Positions 1 to 12,504 of a stretch of DNA of 64,000 bases are shown one piece after another. Made by a program: the position numbers and the translations under genes. The DNA is from Eledone cirrhosa (taxonomy: Eukaryota), in NCBI GenBank assembly GCA_964016885.1, contig OZ024745.1, positions 17,546,001 through 17,610,000 of the forward strand. The letters run 5' to 3'. The notes under the pieces are model-generated. The model was not told the DNA's origin and ran no database searches. It worked only from the letters and a program-made list of their open reading frames with translations. Each line of letters begins with the position of its first letter. Position 1 is the first letter of the stretch.

Positions 1-3000
1 CTGAATATAATATATATATATAAGGATGTCGCTCTACATGTCTGAATATATAATATATATAAGGCTGTCGCTCTACATGTCTGAATATATAATATATATA
101 TATATAAGGCTCTCGCTCTACATGTCTGAATATATAATATATATATATAAGGCTGTCGCTCTACATGTCTGAATATAATAATATATATATATATAAGGCT
201 CTCGCTCTACATGTCTGAATATATAATATATATATATATATAAGGCTCTCGCTCTACATGTCTGAATATATAATATATATATATATAAGGCTGTCGCTCT
301 ACATGGCTGAATATATAATATATATATATAAGGCTGTCGCTCTACATGTCTGAATATATAATATTTATATATAAGGCTGTCGCTCTACATGTCTGAATAT
401 AATATATATATATATATAAGGCTGTCGCTCTACATGTCTGAATATATAATATATATAAGGCTCTCGCTCTACATGTCTGAATATATAATATATATATATA
501 AGGCTGTCCCTCTACATGTCTGAATATAATAATATATATATATATAAGGCTCTCGCTCTACATGTCTGAATATATAATATATATATATAAGGCTCTCGCT
601 CTACATGGCTGAATATATTATATATATATATAAGGCTGTCGCTCTACATGGCTGAATATATAATATATATATATAAGGCTCTCGCTCTACATGTCTGAAT
701 ATATAATATTTATAAGGCTGTCGCTCTACATGTCTGAATATATAATATATATATATAAGGATGTCGCTCTACATGTCTGAATATAATAATATATATATAT
801 ATAAGGCTCTCGCTCTACATGTCTGAATATATAATATATATATATAAGGCTCTCGCTCTACATGTCTGAATATATAATATATATATATAAGGCTGTCGCT
901 CTACATGTCTGAATATATAATATTTATAAGGCTGTCGCTCTACATGTCTGAATATATAATATATATATATATAATGCTCTCGCTCTACATGTCTGAATAT
1001 ATAATATATATATATAAGGCTGTCGCTCTACATGTCTGAATATATAATATATATAAGGCTGTCGCTCTACATGTCTGAATATATAATATATATATATAAG
1101 GCTGTCGCTCTACATGTCTGAATATAATATATATATATATATAAGGCTGTCGCTCTACATGTCTGAATATATAATATATATAAGGCTGTCGCTCTACATG
1201 TCTGAATATATAATATATATATATAAGGCTGTCGCTCTACATGTCTGAATATATAATATATATAAGGCTGTCGCTCTACATGTCTGAAAATATAATATAT
1301 ATATATAAGGCTCTCGCTCTACATGTCTGAATATATAATATATATATATAAGGCTGTCGCTCTACATGTCTGAATATATAATATATATAAGGCTGTCGCT
1401 CTACATGTCTGAATATATAATATATGTAAGGCTGTCGCTCTACATGTCTGAATATATAATATATATAAGGCTGTCGCTCTACATGTCTGAATATATAATA
1501 TATATAAGGCTGTCGCTCTACATGTCTGAATATATAATATATATAAGGCTGTCGCTCTACATGTCTGAATATATAATATATATATATAAGGCTGTCGCTC
1601 TACATGTCTGAATATATAATATATATATATATAAGGCTCTCGCTCTAGATGTCTGAATATATAATATATATAAGGCTGTCGCTCTACATGTCTGAATATA
1701 TAATATATATATATATAAGGCCGTCGCTCTACATGTCTGAATATATAATATATATAAGGCTGTCGCTCTACATGTCTGAATATATAATATATATATATAA
1801 GGCTGTCGCTCTACATGGCTGAATATATAATATATATATATATAAGGCTCTCGCTCTACATGTCTGAATATATAATATATATATATATAAGGCTCTCGCT
1901 CTAGATGTCTGAATATATAATATATATAAGGCCGTCGCTCTACATGTCTGAATATATAATATATATAAGGCTGTCGCTCTACATGTCTGAATATATAATA
2001 TATATATATAAGGCTGTCGCTCTACATGGCTGAATATATAATATATAATATATATAAGGCTGTCGCTCTACATGTCTGAATATAATAATATATATATATA
2101 AGGCTCTCGCTCTACATGTCTGAATATATAATATATATATATATAAGGCTCTCGCTCTACATGTCTGAATATATAATATATATATATATAAGGCTCTCGC
2201 TCTACATGTCTGAATATATAATATATATATATATAAGGCTCTCGCTCTACATGTCTGAATATATAATATATATATATATATAAGGCTCTCGCTCTACATG
2301 TCTGAATATATAATATATATATATATAAGGCTGTCGCTCTACATGTCTGAATATATAATATATATATATATAAGGCTGTCGCTCTACATGTCTGAATATA
2401 TAATATATATATATATATATATAAGGCTCTCGCTCTACATGTCTGAATATATAATATATATAAGGCTGTCGCTCTACATGTCTGAATATATAATATATAT
2501 AAGGCTGTCGCTCTACATGTCTGAATATATAATATATATATATATATATATAAGGCTGTCGCTCTACATGTCTGAATATATAATATATATATATATATAA
2601 GGCTGTCGCTCTACATGTCTGAATATATATTTATATATATAAGGCTGTCGCTCTACATTTCTGAATATATAATATATATAAGGCTGTCGCTCTACATGTC
2701 TGAATATATAATATATATAAGGCTGTCGCTCTACATGTCTGAATATATAATATATATATATAAGGCTGTCGCTCTACATGGCTGAATATATAATATATAT
2801 ATACAAGGCTTTTGCTCTACATGTCTGAATATATAATATATATAAGGTTGTCGCTCTACATGTCTGAATATATAATATATATATATAAGGCTGTCGCTCT
2901 ACATGTCTGAATATATAATATATATATATAAGGCTGTCGCTCTACATGTCTGAATATATAATATATATATATAAGGCTGTCGCTCTACATGTCTGAATAT

Positions 3001-6000
3001 ATAATATATGATATATATAAGGCTCTCGCTCTACATGTCTGAATATATAATATATATATATATAAGGCTGTCGCTCTACATGTCTGAATATATAATATTT
3101 ATAAGGCTGTCGCTCTACATGTCTGAATATATAATATATATAAGGCTGTCGCTCTACATGTCTGAATATATAATATTTATAAGGCTGTCGCTCTACATGT
3201 CTGAATATATAATATATATATATAAGGCTGTCGCTCTACATGTCTGAATATATAATATATATAAGGCTGTCGCTCTACATGTCTGAATATATAATATATA
3301 TATATATAAGGATGTCGCTCTACATGTCTGAATATATAATATATATATATATAAGGCTGTCGCTCTACATGTCTGAATATATAATATTTATATATATAAG
3401 GCTGTCGCTCTAGATGTCTGAACATATAATATATATATATAAGGATGTCGCTCTACATGTCTGAATATATAATATATATATAAGGCTGTCGCTCTACATG
3501 TCTGAATATATAATATATATAAGGCTGTCGCTCTACATGTCTGAATATAATATATATATATATAAGGCTGTCGCTCTACATGTCTGAATATATAATATAT
3601 ATAAGGCTGTCGCTCTACATGTCTGAATATATAATATATATAAGGCTGTCGCTCTACATGTCTGAATATATAATATTTATAAGGCTCTCGCTCTACATGT
3701 CTGAATATATAATATATATATATATAAGGCTGTCGCTCTACATGTCTGAATATATAATATATATAAGGCTGTCGCTCTACATGTCTGAATATATAATATT
3801 TATATATAAGGCTGTCGCTCTACATGTCTGAATATAATATATATATATATATAAGGCTGTCGCTCTACATGTCTGAATATATAATATATATAAGGCTGTC
3901 CCTCTACATGTCTGAATATATAATATATATATATATAAGGCTCTCGCTCTACATGTCTGAATATATAATATATATATATAAGGCTGTCGCTCTACATGTC
4001 TGAATATAATAATATATATATATATAAGGCTCTCGCTCTACATGTCTGAATATGTAATATATATATATATATAAGGCTCTCGCTCTACATGTCTGAATAT
4101 ATAATATATATATATATAAGGCTGTCGCTCTACATGGCTGAATATATAATATATATATATAAGGCTCTCGCTCTACATGTCTGAATATATAATATATATA
4201 TATATAAGGCTGTCGCTCTACATGGCTGAATATATAATATATATATAAGGCTGTCGCTCTACATGGCTGAATATATAATATATATATATAAGGCTCTCTC
4301 TCTACATGTCTGAATATATAATATTTATAAGGCTGTCGCTCTACATGTCTGAATATATAATATATATATATAAGGCTGTCGCTCTACATGTCTGAATATA
4401 TAATATTTATAAGGCTGTCACTCTACATGTCTGAATATATAATATATATATATAAGGCTGTCGCTCTACATGTCTGAATATAATATATATATATATATAA
4501 GGCTGTCGCTCTACATGTCTGAATATATAATATATATAAGGCTGTCGCTCTACATGTCTGAATATATAATATATATATATAAGGCTGTCGCTCTACATGT
4601 CTGAATATAATAATATATATATATATAAGGCTCTCGCTCTACATGTCTGAATATATAATATATATATATATATAAGGCTCTCGCTCTACATGTCTGAATA
4701 TATAATATATATATATATAAGGCTGTCGCTCTACATGGCTGAATATATAATATATATATATAAGGCTCTCGCTCTACATGTCTGAATATATAATATATAT
4801 CTATATAAGGCTGTCGCTCTACATGGCTGAATATATAATATATATATATATAAGGCTGTCGCTCTACATGGCTGAATATATAATATATATATATAAGGCT
4901 CTCGCTCTACATGTCTGAATATATAATATTTATAAGGCTGTCGCTCTACATGTCTGAATATATAATATATATATATAAGGCTGTCGCTCTACATGTCTGA
5001 ATATATAATATTTATAAGGCTGTCGCTCTACATGTCTGAATATATAATATATATAAGGCTGTCGCTCTACATGTCTGAATATATAATATATATATATATA
5101 AGGCCGTCGCTCTACATGTCTGAATATATAATATATATATATATAAGGCTGTCGCTCTACATGTCTGAATATATAATATATATATATATAAGGCTGTCGC
5201 TCTACATGGCTGAATATATAATATATATAAGGCTGTCGCTCTACATGTCTGAATATATAATATATATATATATAAGGCTGTCGCTCTACATGTCTGAATA
5301 TATAATATATATATATAAGGCTGTCGCTCTACATGTCTGAATATATAATATATATATATAAGGCTGTCGCTCTACATGTCTGAATATATAATATATATAT
5401 ATATATATAAGGCTCTCGCTCTACATGTCTGAATATATAATATATATATATATAAGGCTCTCGCTCTACATGTCTGAATATATAATATATATATATATAA
5501 GGCTGTCGCTCTACATGTCTGAATATATAATATATATAAGGCTGTCGCTCTACATGTCTGAATATATAATATATATATATATAAGGCTGTCGCTCTACAT
5601 GTCTGAATATATAATATATATAAGGCTGTCGCTCTACATGTCTGAATATATAATATATATATATATATAAGGCTGTCGCTCTACATGTCTGAATATATAA
5701 TATATATAAGGCTGTCGCTCTACATGTCTGAATATATAATATATATATATATAAGGCTGTCGCTCTACATGTCTGAATATATAATATATATAAGGCTGTC
5801 GCTCTACATGTCTGAATATATAATATATATATATAAGGCTGTCGCTCTACATGGCTGAATATATAATATATATAAGGCTGTCGCTCTACATGTCTGAATA
5901 TATAATATATATATATAAGGCTGTCGCTCTACATGGCTGAATATATAATATATATAAGGCTCTCGCTCTACATGGCTGAATATATAATATATATATATAA

Positions 6001-7133
6001 GGCTCTCGCTCTACATGGCTGAATATATAATATATATATATAAGGCTGTCGCTCTACATGTCTGAATATATAATATTTATAAGGCTGTCGCTCTACATGT
6101 CTGAATATATAATATATATAAGGCTGTCGCTCTACATGTCTGAATATATAATATATATATATATAAGGCCGTCGCTCTACATGTCTGAATATATAATATA
6201 TATATATATAAGGCTGTCGCTCTACATGTCTGAATATATAATATATATATATATAAGGCTGTCGCTCTACATGGCTGAATATATAATATATATAAGGCTG
6301 TCGCTCTACATGTCTGAATATATAATATATATATATATAAGGCTGTCGCTCTACATGTCTGAATATATAATATATATATATAAGGCTGTCGCTCTACATG
6401 TCTGAATATATAATATATATATATAAGGCTGTCGCTCTACATGTCTGAATATATAATATATATATATATATATAAGGCTCTCGCTCTACATGTCTGAATA
6501 TATAATATATATATATATAAGGCTCTCGCTCTACATGTCTGAATATATAATATATATATATATAAGGCTGTCGCTCTACATGTCTGAATATATAATATAT
6601 ATAAGGCTGTCGCTCTACATGTCTGAATATATAATATATATATATATAAGGCTGTCGCTCTACATGTCTGAATATATAATATATATAAGGCTGTCGCTCT
6701 ACATGTCTGAATATATAATATATATATATATATAAGGCTGTCGCTCTACATGTCTGAATATATAATATATATAAGGCTGTCGCTCTACATGTCTGAATAT
6801 ATAATATATATATATATAAGGCTGTCGCTCTACATGTCTGAATATATAATATATATAAGGCTGTCGCTCTACATGTCTGAATATATAATATATATATATA
6901 AGGCTGTCGCTCTACATGGCTGAATATATAATATATATAAGGCTGTCGCTCTACATGTCTGAATATATAATATATATATATAAGGCTGTCGCTCTACATG
7001 GCTGAATATATAATATATATAAGGCTCTCGCTCTACATGGCTGAATATATAATATATATATATAAGGCTCTCGCTCTACATGGCTGAATATATAATATAT
7101 ATATATAGGGCTGTCGCTCTACATGGCTGAATA
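1..7133. repeat. Minisatellite: core AAGGCTGTCGCTCTACATGTCTGAATA followed by a TATAA(TA)n-type spacer; units about 39-51 bp, roughly 160-170 units (estimate); runs off the window start
   Basis: Directly visible tandem array with recurrent variants (CTGTC/CTCTC, ATGTC/ATGGC). Identical ORF translations at 4993/6058 and 5425/6490 show a 1065 bp higher-order duplication. Confidence 0.98.
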
Positions 7134-7389
7134 CGCTAAAAATGTAATCTGAGTTTTTCGAATATTAATAAAAAAACATTCGATTCGTTTGCAATCATGC
7201 AAACAGCATATTTTTTAAAGCCATATCAGTATAATGAGCCCCTCATTATTGCTCTTGTGTTTTCATGTAAACAGAACTGCAGGCACTAATGTTTCTGGAT
7301 ATAACCCATCATCAGTACAGTTCACTGTTCTCCTGCCAACTGTCGAATCGAATATAATTATTAATATTCGAAAAGCTCATATTACATTT
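7108..7389 (-). mobile_element. Short PLE pLTR-like element with a degenerate hammerhead and a partial inverted repeat
   Basis: 7139-7186 is an imperfect inverted copy of 7344-7389. It contains an HHR scaffold at 7275-7322, and its left end equals the minisatellite core. Confidence 0.6.
7275..7322 (-). ncRNA. Degenerate type I hammerhead ribozyme
   Basis: Minus strand AACTGTA-CTGATGA-TGG(GTTATAT)CCA-GAAAC-ATTAGT-GCC-TGCAGTT: 7 bp stem I and an intact CUGANGA/GAAA core, but the cleavage triplet is GCC instead of GUC. Confidence 0.65.
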
Positions 7390-7641
7390 ATACCATAATC
7401 GTGGTTTTGTCTTTCCGTGTAATTGTTTTTCACCGCACCAAATAATGACGTATTATCTTCGTGTTTTCCCATTCTTTGCCAGGGAACGTTTCCACGAACC
7501 AAAGTATCGCCTTCCTGTCTACCTCCGGTTGCAACGTTTTCTGAAATATTGACTTCTGCATTCGCAGATTGACTTTTTTAGTTTCAGAAGATCCCGTTAA
7601 GGGTGAAAGCAGTGATTCTTTGCTTAAACTTTAATCTGTTA

Positions 7642-7699
<58 letters not shown>

Positions 7700-7702
<3 letters not shown>

Positions 7703-7806
7703 GATATTAAACAAATGGAAACTACATTTATAAAACCATATTTATTTCATTATATATATTTCAGGGATATCGTTGTAACCCAACAATTTTAAATAAAACT
7801 TTTGCA
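7700..7806 (+). mobile_element. Miniature insertion of the 28.4-32.4 kb PLE family: 70 bp inverted arm plus ~36 bp 3' tail
   Basis: 7700-7770 matches 28477-28547, and 7772-7808 is the reverse complement of 28379-28413. Left flank is (TA)n. Confidence 0.7.
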
Positions 7807-8413
7807 TATGTATATATGCACATACATATATGTGTAAAGACACACAGTATTATGTATATATATACATACATGCACACACATATATATGTACGTATGGGTT
7901 TACCGAACATTTATTATAATGTTCGGTTTGTTTGTAAACAGCCCAAATTACGCCCTACTTATATTTAGGTGTCAGCCGTACTAAGAGTGAGAAATGAAAT
8001 TTCGTTTCATTCTTTTCCATTTATCGTTTTCGGTATGCCCGGCCGACTAACTCACTCAATATGCAAACAGTCTGCACAGCCGTTAAATCATCTGACAGAA
8101 AGGTATACGATGCTGACGATAGCTAATAAGCTTGAAACTAGTACATCGTTCCTGTGTCAGTGTTGAAGAAAAGGGCGACCATGTTTGCCGAACACAGTAC
8201 GGCGTAATTTCGGATGTTTGTTTACAAACAAACCGAACATTATAATAAATGTTTGGTAAACCCATACGTACATATATATATATGTTTGCATGTATGTATA
8301 TATATACATACTACTGTGTGTCTGTACACATATATGTATGTGCGTATACATACTTATATTTAGGTATCAGCCGTACTAAGAGTGAGAAATGAAATTTCGT
8401 TTCATTCTTTTCC

Positions 8414-8415
<2 letters not shown>
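7806..8415 (+). mobile_element. Retrozyme-like non-autonomous element, copy A (monomer ~395 nt plus ~64 nt direct overlap, 5' inverted segment)
   Basis: Direct repeat 7956-8020 / 8351-8415. 7806-7955 is an inverse of about 8200-8352. HHR at 8107-8149, no credible ORF, ends in (TA)n. Confidence 0.8.
8107..8149 (+). ncRNA. Minimal type I hammerhead ribozyme
   Basis: ACGATG-CTGACGA-TAGCT(AATA)AGCTT-GAAAC-TA-GTA-CATCGT: perfect 6 bp stem I, full core, palindromic ACTAGT stem III, GUA cleavage triplet. Confidence 0.9.
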
Positions 8416-8444
<29 letters not shown>

Positions 8445-9384
8445 GAAATAAGACCGTCTTTGCTGCAATCATTGGAGACACCCTCAACAATTTTCCGAAA
8501 TATTCGGTAAGGTTGAAATGACAGGAACAACTTCTGGCCGTCATAAGGTCACATATCGTGTAAAAAGCATCAATACTGAAATATGTAATTTAAGACTGCA
8601 ATGAGAACAAATGAGCTAGTATATAGCTATACACTTAATGTTCAAGAAAACGTAGAATTGGGTATATTATAAACATTTATCTGAATTCCTTTTTAGTCCC
8701 GTAACTCGCGTGGGCGTCATAGGGCGTTGTATTGCAATACGGCGTTTCTGGGACATTTCAAAACCTGGCGGTGCCCATCCCCTCTCTACGTTTGAACACA
8801 GCAGATATTTTCCAGGGAATTTTAGAACGTGAAATAAGGGAAGAGCCAAAAATACGTTTGCTATCAACCTCGAATGAATGGAAGGCAAAGTAGACATCGA
8901 ATGGTATTTTTACTCAGAGAGAAGCGAGTCTAACATGACACCGCAAAGTATTCTATCTGATGTTCTAATGTATCTGCCAATTCGCCGCCTTGCTATATAT
9001 GTATATATAAAAGTATATAGATTATATGCATTGCACCCCATAATACACTGTCAGTTATAAATAGTCAATTTTAGTGTCATTCATCTGTATCGTTTACCCT
9101 CTTAGTTTGTATCCCAGCCATTCCTCATGCAAATGTTGTTCTAAAATATATTGCTTCATAATTTCGATACTTAAGTTTTATAATTCGATATGACTACAAC
9201 GTTAAGTAATCCATTCTTGAGCCTAAACTATTAGAATTTATAGTGTTGGCGGTGGCCCTGGAAATGGCGACAATGGCGTGTTGAGTTGATTGTTAATATA
9301 TAATGTAGTGTGTTAAATAAACAGAATGGAATCGAATTATCATTATAAGCAAACGGTGCTCCAGGAGCTGGTCGCACCGCAACC

Positions 9385-9532
9385 CCGTCGAAGGTATTTC
9401 GTCGGAGAATGCTGTGAGAGACGCGTCTGAATAACCATTCCACTTAACGAGGCTCACACTTGCGGATAGCCAACTCCGTGCCGGTGATGGTGAGAAGAGA
9501 GGTGATCCTAGGGCCAAGGACACCAGCAGTCC
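9385..9532 (-). mobile_element. 3' fragment of a CRE-like (REL endonuclease) non-LTR retrotransposon
   Basis: Translates as GVLGPRITSLL...EPR*VEWLFRRVSHSILRRN, resembling the WLFQRLSLAVxRGNA terminus. Related copy at 36760-36895. Confidence 0.6.
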
Positions 9533-9828
9533 CCACTAATAATATTATATTGCATTTCGGAGATTCTTGCCAGAGTTAAATTCTGTAATTCGTCAAGCAT
9601 TCCTTGTTCACAAAATTATCCAACATATATCCTTACATTTATATATGTAATATTTATTATCACTTATTAGTAAATAGCATTGTGGGTTCAAACAACAGAA
9701 TAGTCATAATGGTGCGTTGTTTTTATGTCGGAATTTATGAATTTGACAGGAAAAGAGTTGTAAGAATGAAAGAGAAATATTTTATTTCAACCCCATTGCG
9801 ACACTGAGATGTGTCTTGCTTCTCTATG

Positions 9829-10012
9829 ATAATTGTTTCTACTTTAGGCACAAGGCCAGCAATTACCCAGTACATTACTGGTACTTTATTTTATCGACCC
9901 AGTAAGGATGAAAGGGAAAGTGAACCTCGGCGGCATTTGAACTCAGACCGTAAAGGGACGTAATTATGCTGGAAAGCATGGCGTCCGACCCTCTACCGAT
10001 ACTGCCAATCCA
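9829..10012 (-). mobile_element. tRNA-derived SINE
   Basis: A box TGGCAGTATCGG, B box GAGTTCAAATGC, body GTCGATAAAATAAAGTACCAG, tail GTAGAAACAATTA. Confidence 0.9.
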
Positions 10013-10493
10013 ATGATATCCAACTGGCTTAAGGAATCAGTATTTCTCAAACAACAATACTGAACTTCAAATGACAGCTTACAAAGATATCAGTGAAACA
10101 GATAGCTATCTATCTAATCAGAAACTACAATATGGTTATTGCTGTATAATTGACAGATTTACGGAACTTTCAGAAAAATATTACTATCATATAAGAGAAA
10201 CAAAAGCGTTGACTGGCGCAGTAAAATCTTCCTGACAACTAACTTTGATCTTCTGATTTGGTTACGCTAAACAACATCAAGAAGCACATCAACAATAATA
10301 AAAGCATCGAAGAAATATAGGTCACAAGCAAAACAACAAAGACATCGACATATGACAGTAGATGAAACTATAATATACAATCTTTCACTTTGAAGTATGC
10401 AATAGAGAGGATAAACGTAAATGAGAAATAGTTTGAAAGTATCACAAATGCTGATGTGTGAAAGTTTATTTGTACATAAGTATGTATATAACG

Positions 10494-10552
<59 letters not shown>

Positions 10553-10554
<2 letters not shown>

Positions 10555-11303
10555 TGCCGACGACATAGTTTTGGTGACAAATACAGTGAAGGAGGAAGAG
10601 GTTTTGATGCGGGAGGTTGAGACTGTGTCGATGAGTGTGGGGCTGAGAATGAATGAGATTAAAACAAAATATCTAGTAGATAATGTTGAGAAGCAGAGTG
10701 GATCACTAACGTAAGCGGGAAGCCGCTAGAATTGGTTGAGGGTTTTCTGTATTTGGGAGCAAAGATTGGGAATACGGAAGATGATGTGGTTGAGAGGAAG
10801 TGCAAAGCCTGGGCGGCGTGCCACAGCTTGAGATCGGTGTGGAAGTCGGACCTGCGTAAAGACCTGAAAATCCGCCTCTTCATTGCTGTAGTGGAGTCTA
10901 TGCTGCTGTACGGGTCTGAGACTTGGATACTGACCAAGAAATGCACTCAGATGGTGGATGGGTGCTACACGAGAATGCTGACGATGGCTCTGAACATTAA
11001 TCAATATACACTGAGGATGAAAACTCAGAGCTGTATGGGAGCCTCCCACAAGTCAGCTCAAAAGTGACACAAAGGAGACTGAGGTTAGCTGGACATACTC
11101 ACCGACATCCAGAGTTGACATTGCACTCAGTGTTACTGTGGGAGCCCCTACATGGACACACTGGAAGAGGAAAACCAAGGTTAACGTATATTGATGCCCT
11201 AAGGACAGACACTGGTCTGTTGGAGAGGCAGGACATGGTAGCGATAATGAGGGACAGAGACCGCTGGAGAGAACTCATCCATGGATCTCGGGAATTTTAC
11301 CCG

Positions 11304-11307
<4 letters not shown>
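10553..11307 (+). mobile_element. 5'-truncated RTE-clade LINE (RT C-terminus), inactive
   Basis: ADDIVLV, FLYLG, LLYGSETW, RLRLAGH, GKPRLTY motifs with a stop and a frameshift. (TA)n on both sides; close paralog of 27174-28336. Confidence 0.92.
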
Positions 11308-11358
<51 letters not shown>

Positions 11359-11596
11359 ATACAATTGAATATATGAGAGGGATGAATACCAATACAAGTA
11401 TACATGTGTTCAAGACTATTTTGAGTTTCTAACTCAATATATGATATATATATATTATATATATATATATGTAGGAGGTGAGTTTTATTGTAGTACAATA
11501 AAGCAATGCAGATATCGGATAAGAAGCACTCTACAGTTTGTAGGACTAGAGTATACATAATATATAAGATCAAAAGATGGTTAAATGAGTTCCATG

Positions 11597-11667
11597 TATT
11601 TTATTATGCGCATTTCAAAAACAAATATCATCATGCAATAACATTTGTGTTTTCATCAGATAAAATA
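11597..11667 (-). ncRNA. Type I hammerhead ribozyme (left arm)
   Basis: Reverse complement of 11751-11821. Confidence 0.85.
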
Positions 11668-11750
11668 GGAGGACATGATATGAAGGTTAAAAACACTTGT
11701 GGGATATGTTGATTTAAAACTGCACTATCCACAAGTGTTTTTAACCTTCA

Positions 11751-11821
11751 TATTTTATCTGATGAAAACACAAATGTTATTGCATGATGATATTTGTTTT
11801 TGAAATGCGCATAATAAAATA
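11751..11821 (+). ncRNA. Type I hammerhead ribozyme (right arm)
   Basis: TATTTTAT-CTGATGA-[15 bp stem II, one mismatch]-GAAAT-GCGC-ATA-ATAAAATA: 8 bp stem I, palindromic TGCGCA stem III, AUA triplet. Confidence 0.88.
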
Positions 11822-11852
11822 CATGGAACTCATTTAACCATCTTTTGATCTC

Positions 11853-11861
<9 letters not shown>

Positions 11862-11906
<45 letters not shown>

Positions 11907-11978
11907 ATATATATATCTCTCTTCTTCTTCTTCTTCTTCTTCTTCTTCTTCTTCTTCTTCTTCTTCTTTTTCTTCTTC
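11862..11978. repeat. (TA)n followed by (CTT)n microsatellite
   Basis: Directly visible. Confidence 0.95.
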
Positions 11979-12327
11979 ATAACGGTGTGGATGTATTTAA
12001 AGTCATGTATGAAAATATATCGTGATTTGTAATGCTACACGAAGGAGAAAGAGCAATATTCTCCATCGATACTAGAGTTCGCCAGAGAGATTATTTTGCT
12101 CCATTTCTTTTTAATTTACTTGGCTTAATGTCATTTGCTCAATATATTTATGCAGAAGAAGTATATTTGTGGAACGCACCATTATCAAAGTTGTTTGAGA
12201 TAATTATTAGTTAGGTATCGAATCCGCCGAGTGTAGTTTTGTCGATTATCATTATGATGTCGATAAAATAAAGTACCATAAACACCCTGGTGTTTTTACC
12301 CACCCCAAACCTTGTTCGCCTTGAGCC

Positions 12328-12504
12328 CATCGGCAGAGGGTCGAACGCTATGTTTTGCAGCACAGAGTTACGCTCCATTCTGCTCTGAGTTTAAATGCCG
12401 CCGAGGTTAACTTTGTCTTTCATCCTTATGCGGTCGATAAAATAAAGTACCAGTAACGTACTGGATTAATTGCTGGCCTAGTGCCAAACGTAGAAACAAT
12501 TATT
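12328..12504 (+). mobile_element. tRNA-derived SINE, slightly 5'-truncated, preceded by older SINE remnants
   Basis: Same body and tail as the other copies. Confidence 0.85.

Larger units (their letters stand above)
11473..11861 (-). mobile_element. Inverted-repeat PLE pLTR insertion (arms about 11557-11706 and 11726-11861, ~85 bp unpaired left tail)
   Basis: Near-perfect inverted arms, each with an HHR. The left arm has a 13 bp extra segment. Bounded by (TA)n. Confidence 0.8.

Noticed and set aside
1-7133. CRISPR-like array (constant repeat with variable spacers) and MSEYIIYIRLSLY ORFs
   Set aside because: Spacers are only (TA)n length variants, there are no cas genes and the context is eukaryotic. 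The ORFs are by-products of the repeat.
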